Positions 1 to 13,364 of a stretch of DNA of 64,000 bases are shown one piece after another. The notes under the pieces were generated by a model. The model was not told where the DNA came from and did no database searches. It saw only the letters and a program-made list of their open reading frames with translations. Source of the stretch: Pristiophorus japonicus. Taxonomy: Eukaryota. Each line of letters begins with the position of its first letter. The first letter of the stretch is position 1. The stretch covers positions 418,810,001-418,874,000 of the forward strand of contig NC_091977.1 in NCBI RefSeq assembly GCF_044704955.1. Direction: 5' to 3'. The position numbers and the translations under genes are program-made.

Positions 1-112
1 TTTTTCAGCTGGGATATTTAAAGGAGTCAAGGCCACATTGCATTTTGAAGGTTCATCTAGGAGTGTGCAGGTAGCGCACTGCACAATTGGACTGCTGGAA
101 AGCGAGCCAAAT

Positions 113-1810
113 AGTGTACTGAGATAGAGGGCTGCACTCAGGCTCTCCGATGACTCCCTCCATTTGCTTGACGAAGGAGCAAGAGCTCGCAGGGCAGTCC
201 TTTTCCCTTCCATTGGGTGGAAGAGACCTCCCCAGGGAACAAAATGAGCTTGCTCCAAATAGCAGAGGATGTCAACAGCAGGGATGTGGTCAGGAGGACC
301 TGGGTGCAGAGCTGGAAACATTTCAATGATCTTATTAGATCAGGAAATGTAAGTGCAAAGCCACACTCAACTTCATCCTGCTGTGCCTCTCATCACATCC
401 CCATCACTCTGCCTTCCCACCCTGCTCCTGCACATCCTTACTCACACCAACATACCTTGGACATCCACCCATCCTTTCCTATCTACATTATCACATCCCC
501 ATCTGACTAGTCACCCTTCACACTCACCCTCATCCGAATGCAATCATACCAACTAACAACATACAAGGCCATTTGGCATTGTCACCCCACTCCATCATAG
601 TTACCCTCGACAGATGTAACCTATCCATTCTTTACACTCATTCCATCACTCTCAACCTTCTCTTTGTTCCTTCCTTGCAGGAAAAGAGAGCCCACAATAA
701 GAGAGAGAGGGAGAGAACCTGAGGCAACCCTCTTTCATTGGCCCCCTAACATCAGCAGAGAAGGCTGCCTTAGAAGTCTCTGGAGTCGCCGAGCAGCTGA
801 AGGTGGGAGATGGAAAGAGGGGGACATCTCAGCAACCTGGTGACAGAGTTACATATACAGCCACATTGCATACAGCAGTATACCATGACTATTATGGGGA
901 CTGATGTCATCATGTATCTATATCCATTCTTGATATACATATCTAACTCATCCCGTTACTCTTCCACAATTCTATCAAGGCCCCCCACACTGTCCAGGAG
1001 GAAGAGGAAGACAACTCCTCAGAGCAGCCTCCAGCCTCTGAGGGTACAGCATCACCAGACATAAGCACACTCAGCACCAGCTCAGATACGCACACCTTGG
1101 TGGATGCCTCGCGAGATAGAGTAGTGTTGTCACTTGGTATCTCACAAGTCACAAGTGAGCAAGAGCAGATGGTGGAGACAGGAACAGTAGTGGAGACTTC
1201 TTGCTGGAGGGCGCAGGGCACTGCCAGCTCTGCTCAGCTGCACACAGACACTGAGCCTTGGGAGTTATCCAGAAAGAGAGTGATCATGGAGGTGCAGCAA
1301 GAAGTCCAGGAGGTTTTGACAGGTTTTGCGACCGCGATGTCTGCAAATGTCCAGAGAATGGAGGAGTCCATCTCCAACATGAGCATCACCATGTTGCAAG
1401 CGATGGCGACTGTCGGCTCGTCTATGGATAGGATGGCCACCTGCATGGAGCAGCTAATGTGCCACTCACAAGGGCACATGGTCTCTTTGGAGAATAGATG
1501 GCTATGGAGAATAGATGGCAGAGGCTCATAGATGTCCTCTCTAGGAGGGATGGCAATGTAAAAGTTGGTCCTCATGGTCCCATTGCTATGCAGCAAGTTG
1601 CTTTCCAGCTCCTTGATAGCAGGGACGTGTGGGTGGCCCATGAGAGGGATGATGGTGAGAGGGAACATGCAAGTGAGGGCTCCTCTTAAAGCGCTCACAC
1701 TTCACCATTGCCTCCAACTCAGTCAGAGCTACAGATGCATCCCTACCCAGTCACAGGAGGAACAGACTTTGGCAGAGTCATCACAGGCTCCAAAAGTGGC
1801 AAAGTGAGTT
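113..1810 (+). pseudogene. Harbinger Myb/SANT-like DNA-binding gene, multi-exon, disrupted
   Basis: Trihelix-like segment LQIAEDVNSRDVVRRTWVQSWKHFNDLIRSG, then donor GTAAGT at 349. Acceptor ttccttgcag at 680 is followed by EKRAHNKRERERT, matching RKVAHNKRERTQT in Harbinger no. 2. Coiled-coil ORF at 1097-1531. TATA-like TATTTAAA at 15-22. Boundaries approximate. Confidence 0.7.
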
Positions 1811-2029
1811 GGAGTGAATGGTCAGAAATAACGTTGCCTCCAACAAGGGTGGTCAGTGTGAAAGGAATTGCTTGACCATTGTAGGAATGCTTTATGATGT
1901 TGCTGTGGGCTGGTGCCACACTTGTGCAGCATCTGGCAGCTATGTGGGTGTAATGCGTAAAGGTAAATAAATCTGGCCATGATGAGCCCATCCTTGGCCT
2001 CGCAGGCAGCAGTGTGCTCAGGTGCTGGT

Positions 2030-3195
2030 GGGATCTGGACTGCAGATTCCTCTTGCTCCTCCTCCTCCTCATCTTCCAGCTGATGCTCCTCCTGCTCCTC
2101 CTCTGAAGAAGAAGAATCTGTGCACTCAGTGCGTTGTTCCTCATGCAGCACTAATTCTCACTGCTGTGCTATGATGTGCAGGATGCAGCAGATCACAGCG
2201 ATTCTGGAGACCCTGGCTGGTGCATATTGAAGGGCTCCTCCAGATCTGTCAAGGCATCTGAAGCACATTTTCAGTATGCCTATTTTTTGCTCTATGACAC
2301 ATCTGGTGGAAATGTGGCTTTCATTATATCTCTACTCGGCCTCAGTACTTGGCCTCCTCAAAGGTGGCATGAGCCATTCTTCAGTGAATGGCTCTTGTCT
2401 CCATGCAGTCAGCAGTAAAGTCTATTTGGAGGAGTGAAGAGCTGAGGGAGTGCGGACTGGCACAGAATGAAGGAGTCATGGCAGGGAATTTTACGCACAC
2501 ATGCCTGATGATCTTCCTATGGTTAAAGACGAGCTGCACATTGAGGGACTGGAAGCCCTTGGTGTTTAGACAGTGATGCCTGGGTAACGATGAGATGCCC
2601 TGATGGCCACATGTGTGCTGTCGATGACGCCCTGCACCTGTGGGAAGCCAGCCAGAGTAGCAAAGCTGAATGACCACTCAGTAACGCTGACTTCATCAGC
2701 AGCAATGTTGATATAATTGGCTGACTTGTCAAAGAGGGCATTGGTGACCTGTGTGATGCATCAGTGAGTGGCCGACTGTGAGATGTCGCAAATGTCAGCT
2801 GCAGATCCCTGGAAGGAGCCTGAGGTGAAGAAGTTGAAGGTGTTGGTAACTTTGACAGCCACTGGTAAGACATATCCACCCGATCCGCTGGGCTGCAGGT
2901 CTTGCTCCAGCAATGTACAAATGTCTGCGATGACCTGGCACAATAGCCTGAGCCTCCTTTTGCACTGCTGCTCAGTCATGTTGAGGAAGCTTATCTTCTG
3001 CCTGTATACCCTGTGTTGTGGTATCATGTCTGGCATGATGCAGCATCAGGTGGTTGAGAACAATGTTGGTCATCAGGTGGTTGAAAAGAATGTTGGTGTT
3101 GTTGTTGGTGCTGCTCATGTGCCTGGTGCTGCTGGTTGGATCTCATCGTTGTCCCATTCTGAGGACCAAGGTGAGTCAGTATAAATGGCATCCAT
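2030..3195 (-). pseudogene. Harbinger (HARBI1-like) DDE transposase, frameshifted
   Basis: [47 protein letters not shown] and GFPQVQGVIDSTHVAI motifs, plus an acidic C-terminal tail. Confidence 0.85.
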
Positions 3196-3347
3196 GTTGA
3201 TGGAATAGATGACAGGTAAAGCAAAGGTGACCGAAGTAACCTGTCAATGATGTGATAGGTTCTACCTATGAAGTGACAGTGGATGCCGACTTTCTGGAAA
3301 CACTTGCAACCTCTAGAAAGCTAAATCTGTGCTGACAATACCGTCAG

Positions 3348-6300
3348 TATAATATGGTAATGCAGCCATTGCTGTTTACAACAATAAAGAGGGAACAGTT
3401 CACCTGACAGTTTCCTGAAATTATCATCCATCTTAGAGCCTGTGTGTTTGTGAAGTTGTACAGAAGATATCACGTTGGTGATGAGGTTAGGATTTCTGGA
3501 TAACCTAGCTGAAATTTTTGTTGGAGATTGATTCAGCCAACTGACAGAGAGACTTTGAAAACTTCTTTGTTTGCAGAACAGCTAAAAATCCAAGGTAAAT
3601 TATAAGCATACTTGGCTGAACTGAAGAGTCCAGATGGCTGTGCATATGGGAATAATAAAACGCTCAGGGGAATTCCATCATGACCGTGAAAGTTTTCGAA
3701 TGTATGTGGAGCGACTAGAAATGTTTTTCACCACGAATAGTATTATCGAAGTCCCCGATGATGAAAACCGTAACCGGTTGGTGTTGGAAAGAAAACAGGC
3801 TATATTCTTAACTGAAGCAAGCCCTGAGGTGTATGAAATCCTGAAAAATTTGCTTGTGCCAGTCAAGCCAAAGAACACATCACTTAATCAGATTCTAACT
3901 AAGTTAGAACAGCACTACAGTCCTTAGCCCCTGGAAATTGCTGAAAGTTATTGTTTCGGAATATGAGATTAGTTAACCGACGAAAATATCAGTGAGTACA
4001 TTGTAGCATTACAAAAAGGCTATCTATTCACTGTCATTTTGGAAACTTTCAGGACCGAGCATTGCATGACCACTTTGTTTGTGGGATGGAAAATGAAGCG
4101 ATCAGAAGAAAGTTGTTGACAACTCCTAACTTGACTTTTGATTTAGCTTGTCAGACAGCTATGTCAATGGATATGGCCAACCAATATTCCCGAGAATTTC
4201 GTACCATTTCATGAATCGCCTGCAGGTTAAAAGTAAAAGGCAGTTAGACACCAAGGCCTCAGAAACTGGCCAACGTAACAGTACATTGAAGTCGTACTAT
4301 CAGTGCCTGGGACAACACATTGCTCAAAGGTGTCCATATATGAAGGCAGTGTGTTTCTTCTGCAGGAAAACTCGGCATCTGGCGAAGGCATGCCGATTTG
4401 AAGAGTAAACCAACTTTCAATGTTATAAGTAGAAATCCACAGAGACTACGTATCATGGAAGAAAAGCAACAGGATGAACAGATGCACATCATCAGGAGCA
4501 CGAGGGTATTTAACAGCGATTCGAATAGTATCATCATCCAAGTAGATGTTGCAGGAACCAAGATACCTGTGGAAATCAACACTGGTGCATCTATGAGCAT
4601 AATACCAGAATCGCTATATCTCAACAAATTGTGTGATTTCTCATTGGAAAAATCCAAGATAGAGCTGTGAGGCTATTCAGGAGAGAACGTTCCTGTGGTA
4701 GGTCATATCACCATACCGGTGAAATATCACCATACCGGATCAATTTCAGAGATTACCTCTTAGTAGTGGCAGGAGATAAGCCTGTCTTACTAGGAAGAAA
4801 TTGGTTGGGATCACTGAAGCTGGATTGGAATGAGATTTTTCGTGTTGAAACGAGATTTGCATCAAAGTATGATGTCATCAAGAAGTATCCAAAGGTGTTC
4901 TGTGAAACAGGCAGTCCGATTCAAGGCTTCAAGGCGAATGTCAGGGTACAGAAGGACGCTAGACTGCAAGCAATGTCCCGTACCATGTGCACTCAAGGAG
5001 AAAGTTGAGCAAGAACTCAAAAGACTAGAGACTGAGAACATTATCTCTAAGATAAATCTATGTAATTGGGCTACGCCCATAGTTGTACCAAAGTCGGAAG
5101 GTAAGGTAAGGTTCTGTGGTGATTATAAAGTAACCGTAAACTAGGTAATCTCCCCAATACATTGCCAAATGTAGAAGATTTGTTCACAACACTGACAGGT
5201 GGTCAGATCTCCTCAAAGTTGGATCTTACAAATGCCTACTTACAACTTGAACTAGATGAGGAGTCCAAGTCATGCTTGACTATAAATATTCATCTAGGCC
5301 TATATCAATTTATTAGGCTACCGTTTAGAGTGTCTTCGGCCCTCGCCATATTCCAAGAGGTGATGAACCAGATTTTGCAAGACATTGAAGGGGTAGTATG
5401 TTATTTAGATGACATAGTAATTTCAACAACAAACAGGCAAATCCATAATAAAATATTGAATGAAGTGCTCAACGGCTAGAGAAGCACAGAGTATGAGTGA
5501 TTGCTCACAAGTGTGAGTTATTTCAAAACTTAGTGGAGTACTTGGGACACAGAATGAGTAGACAAAGATGGTTTACATCCAACCATGGGAAAGCTGGATG
5601 CAATTAGAAATGCACCCACTTCCAAGAATGTCACTGAACTTCGATCATTTTTATTTCTTTTGAACTATTATGGGAAGTTCCTATCAAATTTGGCTACAGT
5701 GTTACATCCACTGAATGAACTATTGAAAAAACAGGTCCATTGGAAATGGTCAGAAAATGCGACACAGCATTCAAGGAGTGTAAAAGCCAATTGGTAGAGA
5801 ACACCATGTTAGTTCTCTATGGCGTATCTAAGGAGATCAAGTTAGCATGTGATGCCTCCCTGTATGGAGTTGGGACAGTGAACTCTCATGTACTACATAG
5901 TGGTGAGGAGAGACCAATTGCTTTTGCTTCACGCACTCTCAGTGCCAGTGAGTGTAATTATGTACAAATCGAAAGGGAAGCTTTGGCATTCATTTTTGGG
6001 GTCAAGAAGTTTCACAAATATTTGTATGGTTGTAAGTTTACCATCGTTATGGACCATAAGCCCCTGACAGCAATCCTCCATCCAAAATCCCCAGTTCCAA
6101 TATTAGCTGCAGCCCATATGCAGAGATGGGCTTTGATTTTGTCAGCATATACATATGATATTGAATACAGATGATCACAGTAATGCTGATGCCATGCCTA
6201 GATTGCCTTCCCCGTCACAAGTTACACCCAATAGTGAAGAAGTGTTCTACTTTTCATACATTGATGAACTTCCAGTCATAGCTGAAGAGATTGGTAGAGC

Positions 6301-7775
6301 AACCAAACGTGACCCAGTTATGTCAAAGGTATATTGCAAATGGCTGGCCAAACCAGGTATCAGAGAAAGATATTCATCCATTCTTCATTTGTAGGAATGA
6401 ATTATCAGTCGATAAAGATTGTATCATGTGGGTTGCAAGAATGGTTATGACAAATAAATTCAGGTCTAAATTATTAGGATATCTTCATGACCAGCACCTG
6501 GGAATTTGCTTGACCAAAAGTTTTGCACACAGTTACTTACGGTAGCCAGATCTAGATAAAGACATAGAGTAAGTCAGTGTATAACATGTCAATCGGTAAG
6601 CAAGAAACCACCATCAGTGCCATTACAGCCATGGAAATGGCCTCCCAGGGTGTGGCAAAGGTTACATATTGATTTTGCTGAGCCAGAAGGACAGCAATTG
6701 TTCATTGTGATTGATAGCCATTCGAAGTGGGTAGAGTTGTTTCCAATGCGGAAAATAACAAGTAAAACATTAGACATTGCAAAGATGATTTTCTTCATAT
6801 GGCCTCCCAAAAAAAAAATGTGTCTGATAATGGACCACAATTTTGTTCAGAAGAATTTTCATAGTCCACAAGAAAAAATGTTGTGAAACATACCATGGTT
6901 CCACCGTACAACCCTGCTTCAAATGGTGCAGCAGATCGCACAGTACAAATAGTAACACATGCCCTCATCAAACAGGCGTTGGATCCAAATCCAAAGAAAT
7001 GACAGTTGTCATTGGACCACAAATTGCCTAATTTTCTAATTACGTGTCGTTATACTCCTCATACAACTACTGGTAGAACATCAGCAGAGATGTTTCTCAA
7101 ATGACAGCCACGAACCAGATTCTCATTGTTAAAACCAAACTTGGCACAGTCCGTAGAAGGAAACAATTAAGACAGAAACAGAATCATGATGGATGTAGAG
7201 TAAAAAAGAGAAGTGAGAGGGAAGAACCATCACCATAAATGGTGAAAGTGGTTACCAGGAAGAGTGTTGAAGATATGTGGTCCTCGCACATATTTGGTCA
7301 AGATATTTGATCATGGAAAGGTTAGAATTTACGTCTGAGTCCGAGTCAGGCAGACATACAGTATGAAGTTGTAAAGAGTTCAAATGTAAATCAAGGCATC
7401 CCTTGGAGGATAACTTTCCTCAGGATCAGCCTCGAATGAGTCTAAGTTCTAGACCATGTTTGGGAAGTTCTTTTCTAGAGCGAAGATATCCTCTTCGAAA
7501 CAGAAAACGTGGTTAAGCTTGATTTGTAAATTAAGTCCATAATCTTTGTTATGTATAACCATGCAAGTTATATATGATGATTGTTTGTTGTAATTACTTC
7601 TTCATTAAGGAGGGAGAAGTGCAATATATATAAAGCTCCACCCAGTGGACTAGTGTGGTAATGCAGCCATTGCTGTTTACAACAATAAAGAGGGAACAGA
7701 TCACCTGACAGGTTCTTGAAGTTATCAGCCATCTTAGAGCCTGTATGTTTGTGAGGTTGTACAGAAGATATCACA
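3348..7775 (+). mobile_element. Gypsy LTR retrotransposon no. 1 (Mag-like), both LTRs present, coding region decayed
   Basis: LTRs at 3348-3474 (internally deleted) and 7620-7775. 5-bp TSD GTCAG at 3343-3347 and 7776-7780. PBS-like TGGTGATGAGG at 3476 (CpG-decayed TGGCGACGAGG, tRNA-Ser type). PPT AGGAGGGAGAAG at 7608-7619. Gag with two CCHC knuckles, protease (NTGAS), RT (YLDD), RNase H and integrase in PR-RT-RH-IN order. Confidence 0.93.
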
Positions 7776-7822
7776 GTCAGCAACAACATCTGCCTTAGGA
7801 ATGTGATCAGCTGTGAGGAGGG

Positions 7823-10800
7823 AGTCGACATGTACCCTAGACCACGGTTTGGAGGGCCAAGACCATAAACTTAGCGGTGCCCCCCTGGGTACATTGCTTA
7901 ACTGTGAGCATGTATTACATCTGTGAACGCAGGACTCTAAGTCCGCATTGATACCGGGCCACCACACGTGGGATCTGGCTATTGCTTTCATCATTACGAT
8001 GCCTGGGTGGGTACTGTGGAGGTCATTGCTGAAGGTGACTCTGCCCTTCTTGGGGACCACTATTCAATTGCCCCACAGAAGGCAGTCTGCCTGTATAGAC
8101 ATTTCATCTTTGTGCCACTTGAACGGCTTTGTCTCTTCCTGCATTTCCAGTGGGACACTGGACCAGCTTCCGTGAAGCACACAGCTTTTGATTAGAGATA
8201 ATAAGGGTCCTGGCTTGTACTGGTTTTGATCTGCCGGGCAGTGACGGACGATTGCTCACTCTCAATGCTTCCATAACCTTGGGTAGATCTGCGGGCTGCG
8301 TCATTTCCATCCCCGTGGTGGGCAATGGCAGCCTACTGAGAGCATCGGCGCAGTTTTCTGTGCCTGGCCTGTGGCGGATGGTGTAGTTGTATGTGGACAA
8401 CGTGAGCGCCCATCTCTGGATGCGGCCGATGCACTGGTATTTATCCCTTTACTCTTGGAAAACAGGGCAATAAGTGGCTTATGGTCAGTTTCCAATTCGA
8501 ATTTTAGCCCAAACAGGTATTGATGCATTTTCTTTACTCCATAGACACACGCTAACGCTTCTTTCTCAATCATGCTATTGGCTCTCTCAGCCATAGACAG
8601 ACTCCTGGATGCATAAGCAACTGGTTGCAGTTTCCCGAAATCATTAGCTTGTTGCTATACACACCCGACGCCATATGATGACTCATCACATGCTAGTACC
8701 AAACGCTTACATGGATCATACAACGCAAGCAATTTGTTTGAGCATAACAATTTTCTCGCATTTACAAAGGCATTTTCTTGGCTTTTGCCCTAAATCCATT
8801 CATTCCCTTTTCATAGTAAAACATGCAGTGGTTCTGAGACCCAGTAAGAAGTTACCAAAATAGTTAAGGAGTCCCAGAAATGAGCGCAGCTCCGTCATGT
8901 TCTGTGGCCTCGGTGCATTCTCGATTGCCTCCGTCTTCGCATTGGTGGGCTTGATGCCGTCTGCCGCAATCCTCCTCCCAGGAACTCCACTTCAGGTGCC
9001 AGGAAAACGTGCTTCAAGGGTTTTAACCTGAGCCTCACGTGGTTGAGTCAACTAAGAACCTCCCCCAGGTTATGCAGATGCTCGACTGTGTTCTGACCTG
9101 TGACCAAGATGTCGTCCTGGAAGACCATGGTGTACGGGATCGACTTCAGTAAGCTTTCCCTGTTTCTCTGGAATATCGCCGCCACCAATCGGATTCCAAA
9201 TGGGCATCTGTTATAAACAAAAAGACCTTTATGCGTGATGATGCAGGTGAGGCCCTTCGATGATTCCTCCAGTTCCTGCATCATGTAGGCTGAAGTCAGA
9301 TCCAGCTTCGTGAACATCTTTTCTTCCGCCAGCTTTGCAAAGAGGTCGTCGGCCTTTGGTAGTGGGTATTGGTCCTGCAGGGAGAAATGATTGATAGTTA
9401 CTTTGTAATCGCCACAGATTCTGACGGTGGCGTCTCCCTTGAGGACTGGGAAGATAGGACTGGCCCACTCATTGAACTCGATCGGGGAAATGATGCCCAC
9501 TCTTTGCAGCCAGTCTAGCTCAATATTTGCCCTTTCTCTCATCATGTACGGTACTGCTCTCACCTTGTGATGGATGGGTCGCGCCCCCGGAATTAGGCAG
9601 ATCTGCACTTCGGCGCCTTGGAATTTCCTGATGCCTGGCTCGAACAGCGAAGGAAATTTGTTTAAGACCTGGGCACACGAAGTGTCGTCAGTGGGCGATA
9701 GCGTAGTTCCAGCGTATCTTTCCCAGCCAGCTCCTGCCGAGCAGCGTGGGACCATCGCCCGGTACCACACAGAGTGGTAGCTTGTGCACCGGTCCATTGT
9801 AGGAGACCTTTACGGTAGCACTGCTGATTACAGGAATCAGTTCTTTTGTGTAAGGTCTTAGTTTCCTGCGAACTGGAGTTAAGACTGGCCTTGAGGCCTT
9901 GTTGCACCAGAACTTTTCGAAAGTCTTTTTGCCCATGATGGACTGGCTCACGCCGGTGTCCCGCTCCATTGACACCGGGAGTCCATTTAGTTCAACATTT
10001 AGCATTATCGGGGGAGAATTCGTGGTGAATGTGTGCATCCCATGTACCTCTGCCTCCTCTATCAGAGGTTCTGTTTCATCGTGATCCTCCACGGATCTGT
10101 CCTCCGCTGCAATGTGGTGGTTTGCAGGTTTAGCAGCCCTAGCAGCTCGCCTGCACACTCGTTGGAGGTGTCCCATTGTTCCACAGCCCTTGCAAATGTA
10201 TCCTTTGAATCGGCACGAATGGAAACGATGATCACCCCCGCAGTGCCAACAAGGTGTTAATGGCCTTGCATTCATCACCCTTGATGGTGGATTCTGAGAC
10301 ATCTGCAGACGTGTAGCTGCAGGCATGTGTGACCTGCCCTATACGTTAAAATTTGAAAACAACATCACTTTGTTCACAGTACTTGTAGCAGCACTTGTGT
10401 GCTGAGAGATTTGCTTCGTATTGTCACTGGTGGCAATGAACGTCTGGGCTATCGCTATGGCCTTACTCAAGGTTGAGGTCTCTGCAGTCAAAAGTTTGCG
10501 AAGTATGGTTTTGTGTCCAATGCCAAATACGAAAAATTCTCTGAGCTTGTGCTGCAAATTCGCAATGTTCTGCAAGGCTTCTTAGCTCGGTGACATAACT
10601 CACCACTTCCTGACCTTCAGAACTTTTGCAGGTGTAAAACCAGTACCTCACCATCAGAACGCTTTCCTGCGGGTTCAAATGCTCTCGGACCAGTGTGCAC
10701 AAATCATCATACGATTTCTCCGTGGGTTTCGCTTCAGTGAGCAAATTCTTGATGAGGCCATACGTTGGTGCCCCACAGACGGTGAGGAGGAACGCCCTTC

Positions 10801-11169
10801 ATTTGGCAGCGTTCTCTTCCCCATCTAGTTCGTTGGCCACGAAGTATTGGTCGAGTCGCTCCACGAAAGTTTCCCAATCATCTCCCTCCGAGCATTTCTC
10901 CAGGATGCCCACTGTTCTCTGCACCTTAGGATTCGCTATCTGTATCTCGTCGCCAGTTGTTGTATATGGAATAAGAGTCAGACTGAACACTGTGAGCTCA
11001 AAGTAAATTGTGACCTTTGCCTTTTATTGCAGGTCTCCAGAGTGTCTCTCCAACCTGTGAAACTTCCTTAAATACCTGTGCTCCCAAGGGATTATGAGAT
11101 CCCTTGGGACTCCAGAGGATGAGCCCTCTGGTGGCTGTACAGAGTAAATACAAGTTTACATATATAACA
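7823..11169 (-). mobile_element. Gypsy LTR retrotransposon no. 2, 3' part missing
   Basis: 5' LTR 10958-11169 (TG...CA) and PBS TGGCGACGAG at 10946-10955 on -. Gag with CWHCGGDH..C..CKGCGTMGHLQRVC, protease DTG, RT FQDD and RNase H. Integrase breaks off after RVHVD near 7823; no 3' LTR. Confidence 0.92.
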
Positions 11170-12209
11170 ATAATGATGAATATATTGTCAATAATACTTT
11201 TTCCGAATATCTCTGGGTTTTATTGCTCTGATTTATTAAAATGTGCCTTTAATATTCAAATCACTGAATCAGTTTAATTCCAATTCAATAAATCACTGTG
11301 ATACTAGAACATGGATGATTGATGAGAGTATAGAATTCTGTTTGACATTTAGTGGGAAAAAGTCATAACAGCAGTATGTTTCCCTTAAAGCTGGATATGC
11401 CCACTGCGAATAGGACCATATTTAGCTGTAATAACAAAAGTGCTTTCTTCTAAAGTCTCCTTCACATACAGAACTCATGAGCAGTAGGTGCAAGCCGCTT
11501 TTTATTTTTAATGCACCATGTAACTTCTCTATTTTACATAACAGAGGTTCTGACCTCTTTATTGTGCTAATTAGCAGCAAATGTCAAAATTACTATAAAC
11601 AGTTTGACATTTCTAATATCTCCAATCTCAAGCTAATGAGTACAGAAGCCAAACTGAGGATCATATTTAACACCATTGTTGCCCACCAGAAGCAAAATGG
11701 TTGACTCAGATGTTGACTTAAATCTCAGTATTCTATAGATTATAAAATAAACTTACTTAAATCTAACGCTGTTTTGATATTTTCCCCACAAAAGGCAAGT
11801 ATTAGAAATGTAAACAATAAGATCTTGAAAGAAAAATAGCTCTACCCACAGGTGCTTCAACGCACACTAGCAATGCTATTCTTTAAATCATATCTAGGAT
11901 CTGTAACTAAACTGTTCATACTTTAAAACACACAAAATACAGATCATGCTAAGCTGCCTAGATATTTATCAAGAAATGGGTTTTCTAACTCAAAATTAAA
12001 CCATTAATAATAAAAATAACAAAATTGTTAACTGCAAATTTGTTTGCGGTCCAATGAAATGTTGCCTATTTTTACATTTAAAAAATGTATTTAGATAAAT
12101 ACACAACACAACAAATGTCATGTTTTTTGTAAGCCTCTACACTTTGGGAAGGCACAGGGACATATGTAGCAGTGAGCTGGGTGCATCTGTCTCTGTGCAA
12201 TATGCTAGC

Positions 12210-12459
12210 TCATTTCATAGGCAGTCCCTCGAAATCGAAGAAGACTTGCTTCCACTCTAAAAGTGAGCTCTCAGGTGAGTGTACAGTCCAATACGGGAAT
12301 TACAGTCTTTGTAACAGGTGGGACAGACAGTCATTGAAGGAAAGGGTGAATGGGGAGCCCGGTTTGCCGCACGCTCCTTCCGCTGCTTGCGCTTGTTTTC
12401 TGCATGCTCTCGGCGATGAGACTCGAGGTGCTCAGCGCCCTCCCGGATGCTCTTCCTCC
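12210..12459 (-). mobile_element. RTE LINE 3' fragment
   Basis: Same 3' end (GGAAGCAAGTCTTC...GAGGGACTGCCTATGA) as the RTE copies at 54.7-56.7 kb. Flanked by a 10-bp TSD, ATATGCTAGC (12200-12209 and 12460-12469). Confidence 0.85.
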
Positions 12460-12639
12460 ATATGCTAGCAGAGTGACAGAGTCAGCCTGAAAAGGGGTAG
12501 GATTAAATAACCCCCAACATCAGAGTTACTTTAGTTTGCAAAATCATTTAACTTGTGACTTTAGTTTCTACCTCAAATTTTGGTCTTATTTTAGAAAATG
12601 TAGTCCCAATTTTAATTTACTTGACATAGAATTACAAAT

Positions 12640-13310
12640 GGGCCAAAAATTGCAATTGGAGATGTAACTCTGGAGTACACCTCCGACTGGCGAAAGAATT
12701 ACGAACCTACCTGCTGGCAAACTTGCAATCTGAGGCTGCGAGGTAGAGGGCAGCATAATGGGCCATGGATCCCGGGGGCGTAGGTGGCGCGGAAGCGGAC
12801 CTAGGATCACATGGGTCTGGTCCTCCAATCACACAGCAGAATTCCATTTAATCATTTCCAAAGGGAATCCTGTAATGAGATGTAATGGAATCCTGAAATC
12901 TGATCTAATTACACAATTGGAATGTTATTCATAATTACCTTTATTCCACCAACCTCACTAAAAATTTAATTTTTTGATAATTGTAGACATCATTAAAACT
13001 GTAATCTGGGCCAATATTTGCATAAACTTATTTGACAAAGTGTACGTGCATAATTTACGATATGAAAATGTTTAATTAATGGCTGGGATATTTGCATCAA
13101 CCATAATATTTCCGTGCGCAATTGCTGGCCAGTCGTTGGACAAATAGCCCAACTCTGTCCTGGCGATTGGCTTTTCGTGACCCGCGTGGATGGCATTGAC
13201 AGGCCATAAGTTCCGGATTTCACGCATGTGCGAGAATTTCCAAACTTGCAGTGGATTTCAAAGAAAATACGGTGGTGTGTTGCCACCATACCAACAATAA
13301 AATCCAGGCC
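12640..13310. mobile_element. Possible decayed non-autonomous Harbinger-type element (MITE)
   Basis: CpG-richer block in AT-rich DNA with ends GGGCCAAAAATT...AAAATCCAGGCC that loosely resemble the other Harbinger TIRs here. The match is weak. Confidence 0.35.
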
Positions 13311-13364
13311 AATAATTTTAATTGATGCCAATTTTCTTCTCCGTTTTAGTTAACTAAATCAACA

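Larger units (their letters stand above)
1..3347. mobile_element. PIF/Harbinger DNA transposon no. 1 (decayed; left end outside window; interrupted by Gypsy-1, short remainder at 7776-7822)
   Basis: Convergent two-gene layout typical of Harbinger: Myb/SANT-like gene on +, HARBI1-like DDE transposase on -. Same organisation as the copy at 30797-35460. Confidence 0.85.

Noticed and set aside
11170-13360. Receptor coding exon 1 (N-terminus and TM1)
   Set aside because: I found no GNxLVM-type TM1 sequence here or elsewhere upstream, so it probably lies before the window.
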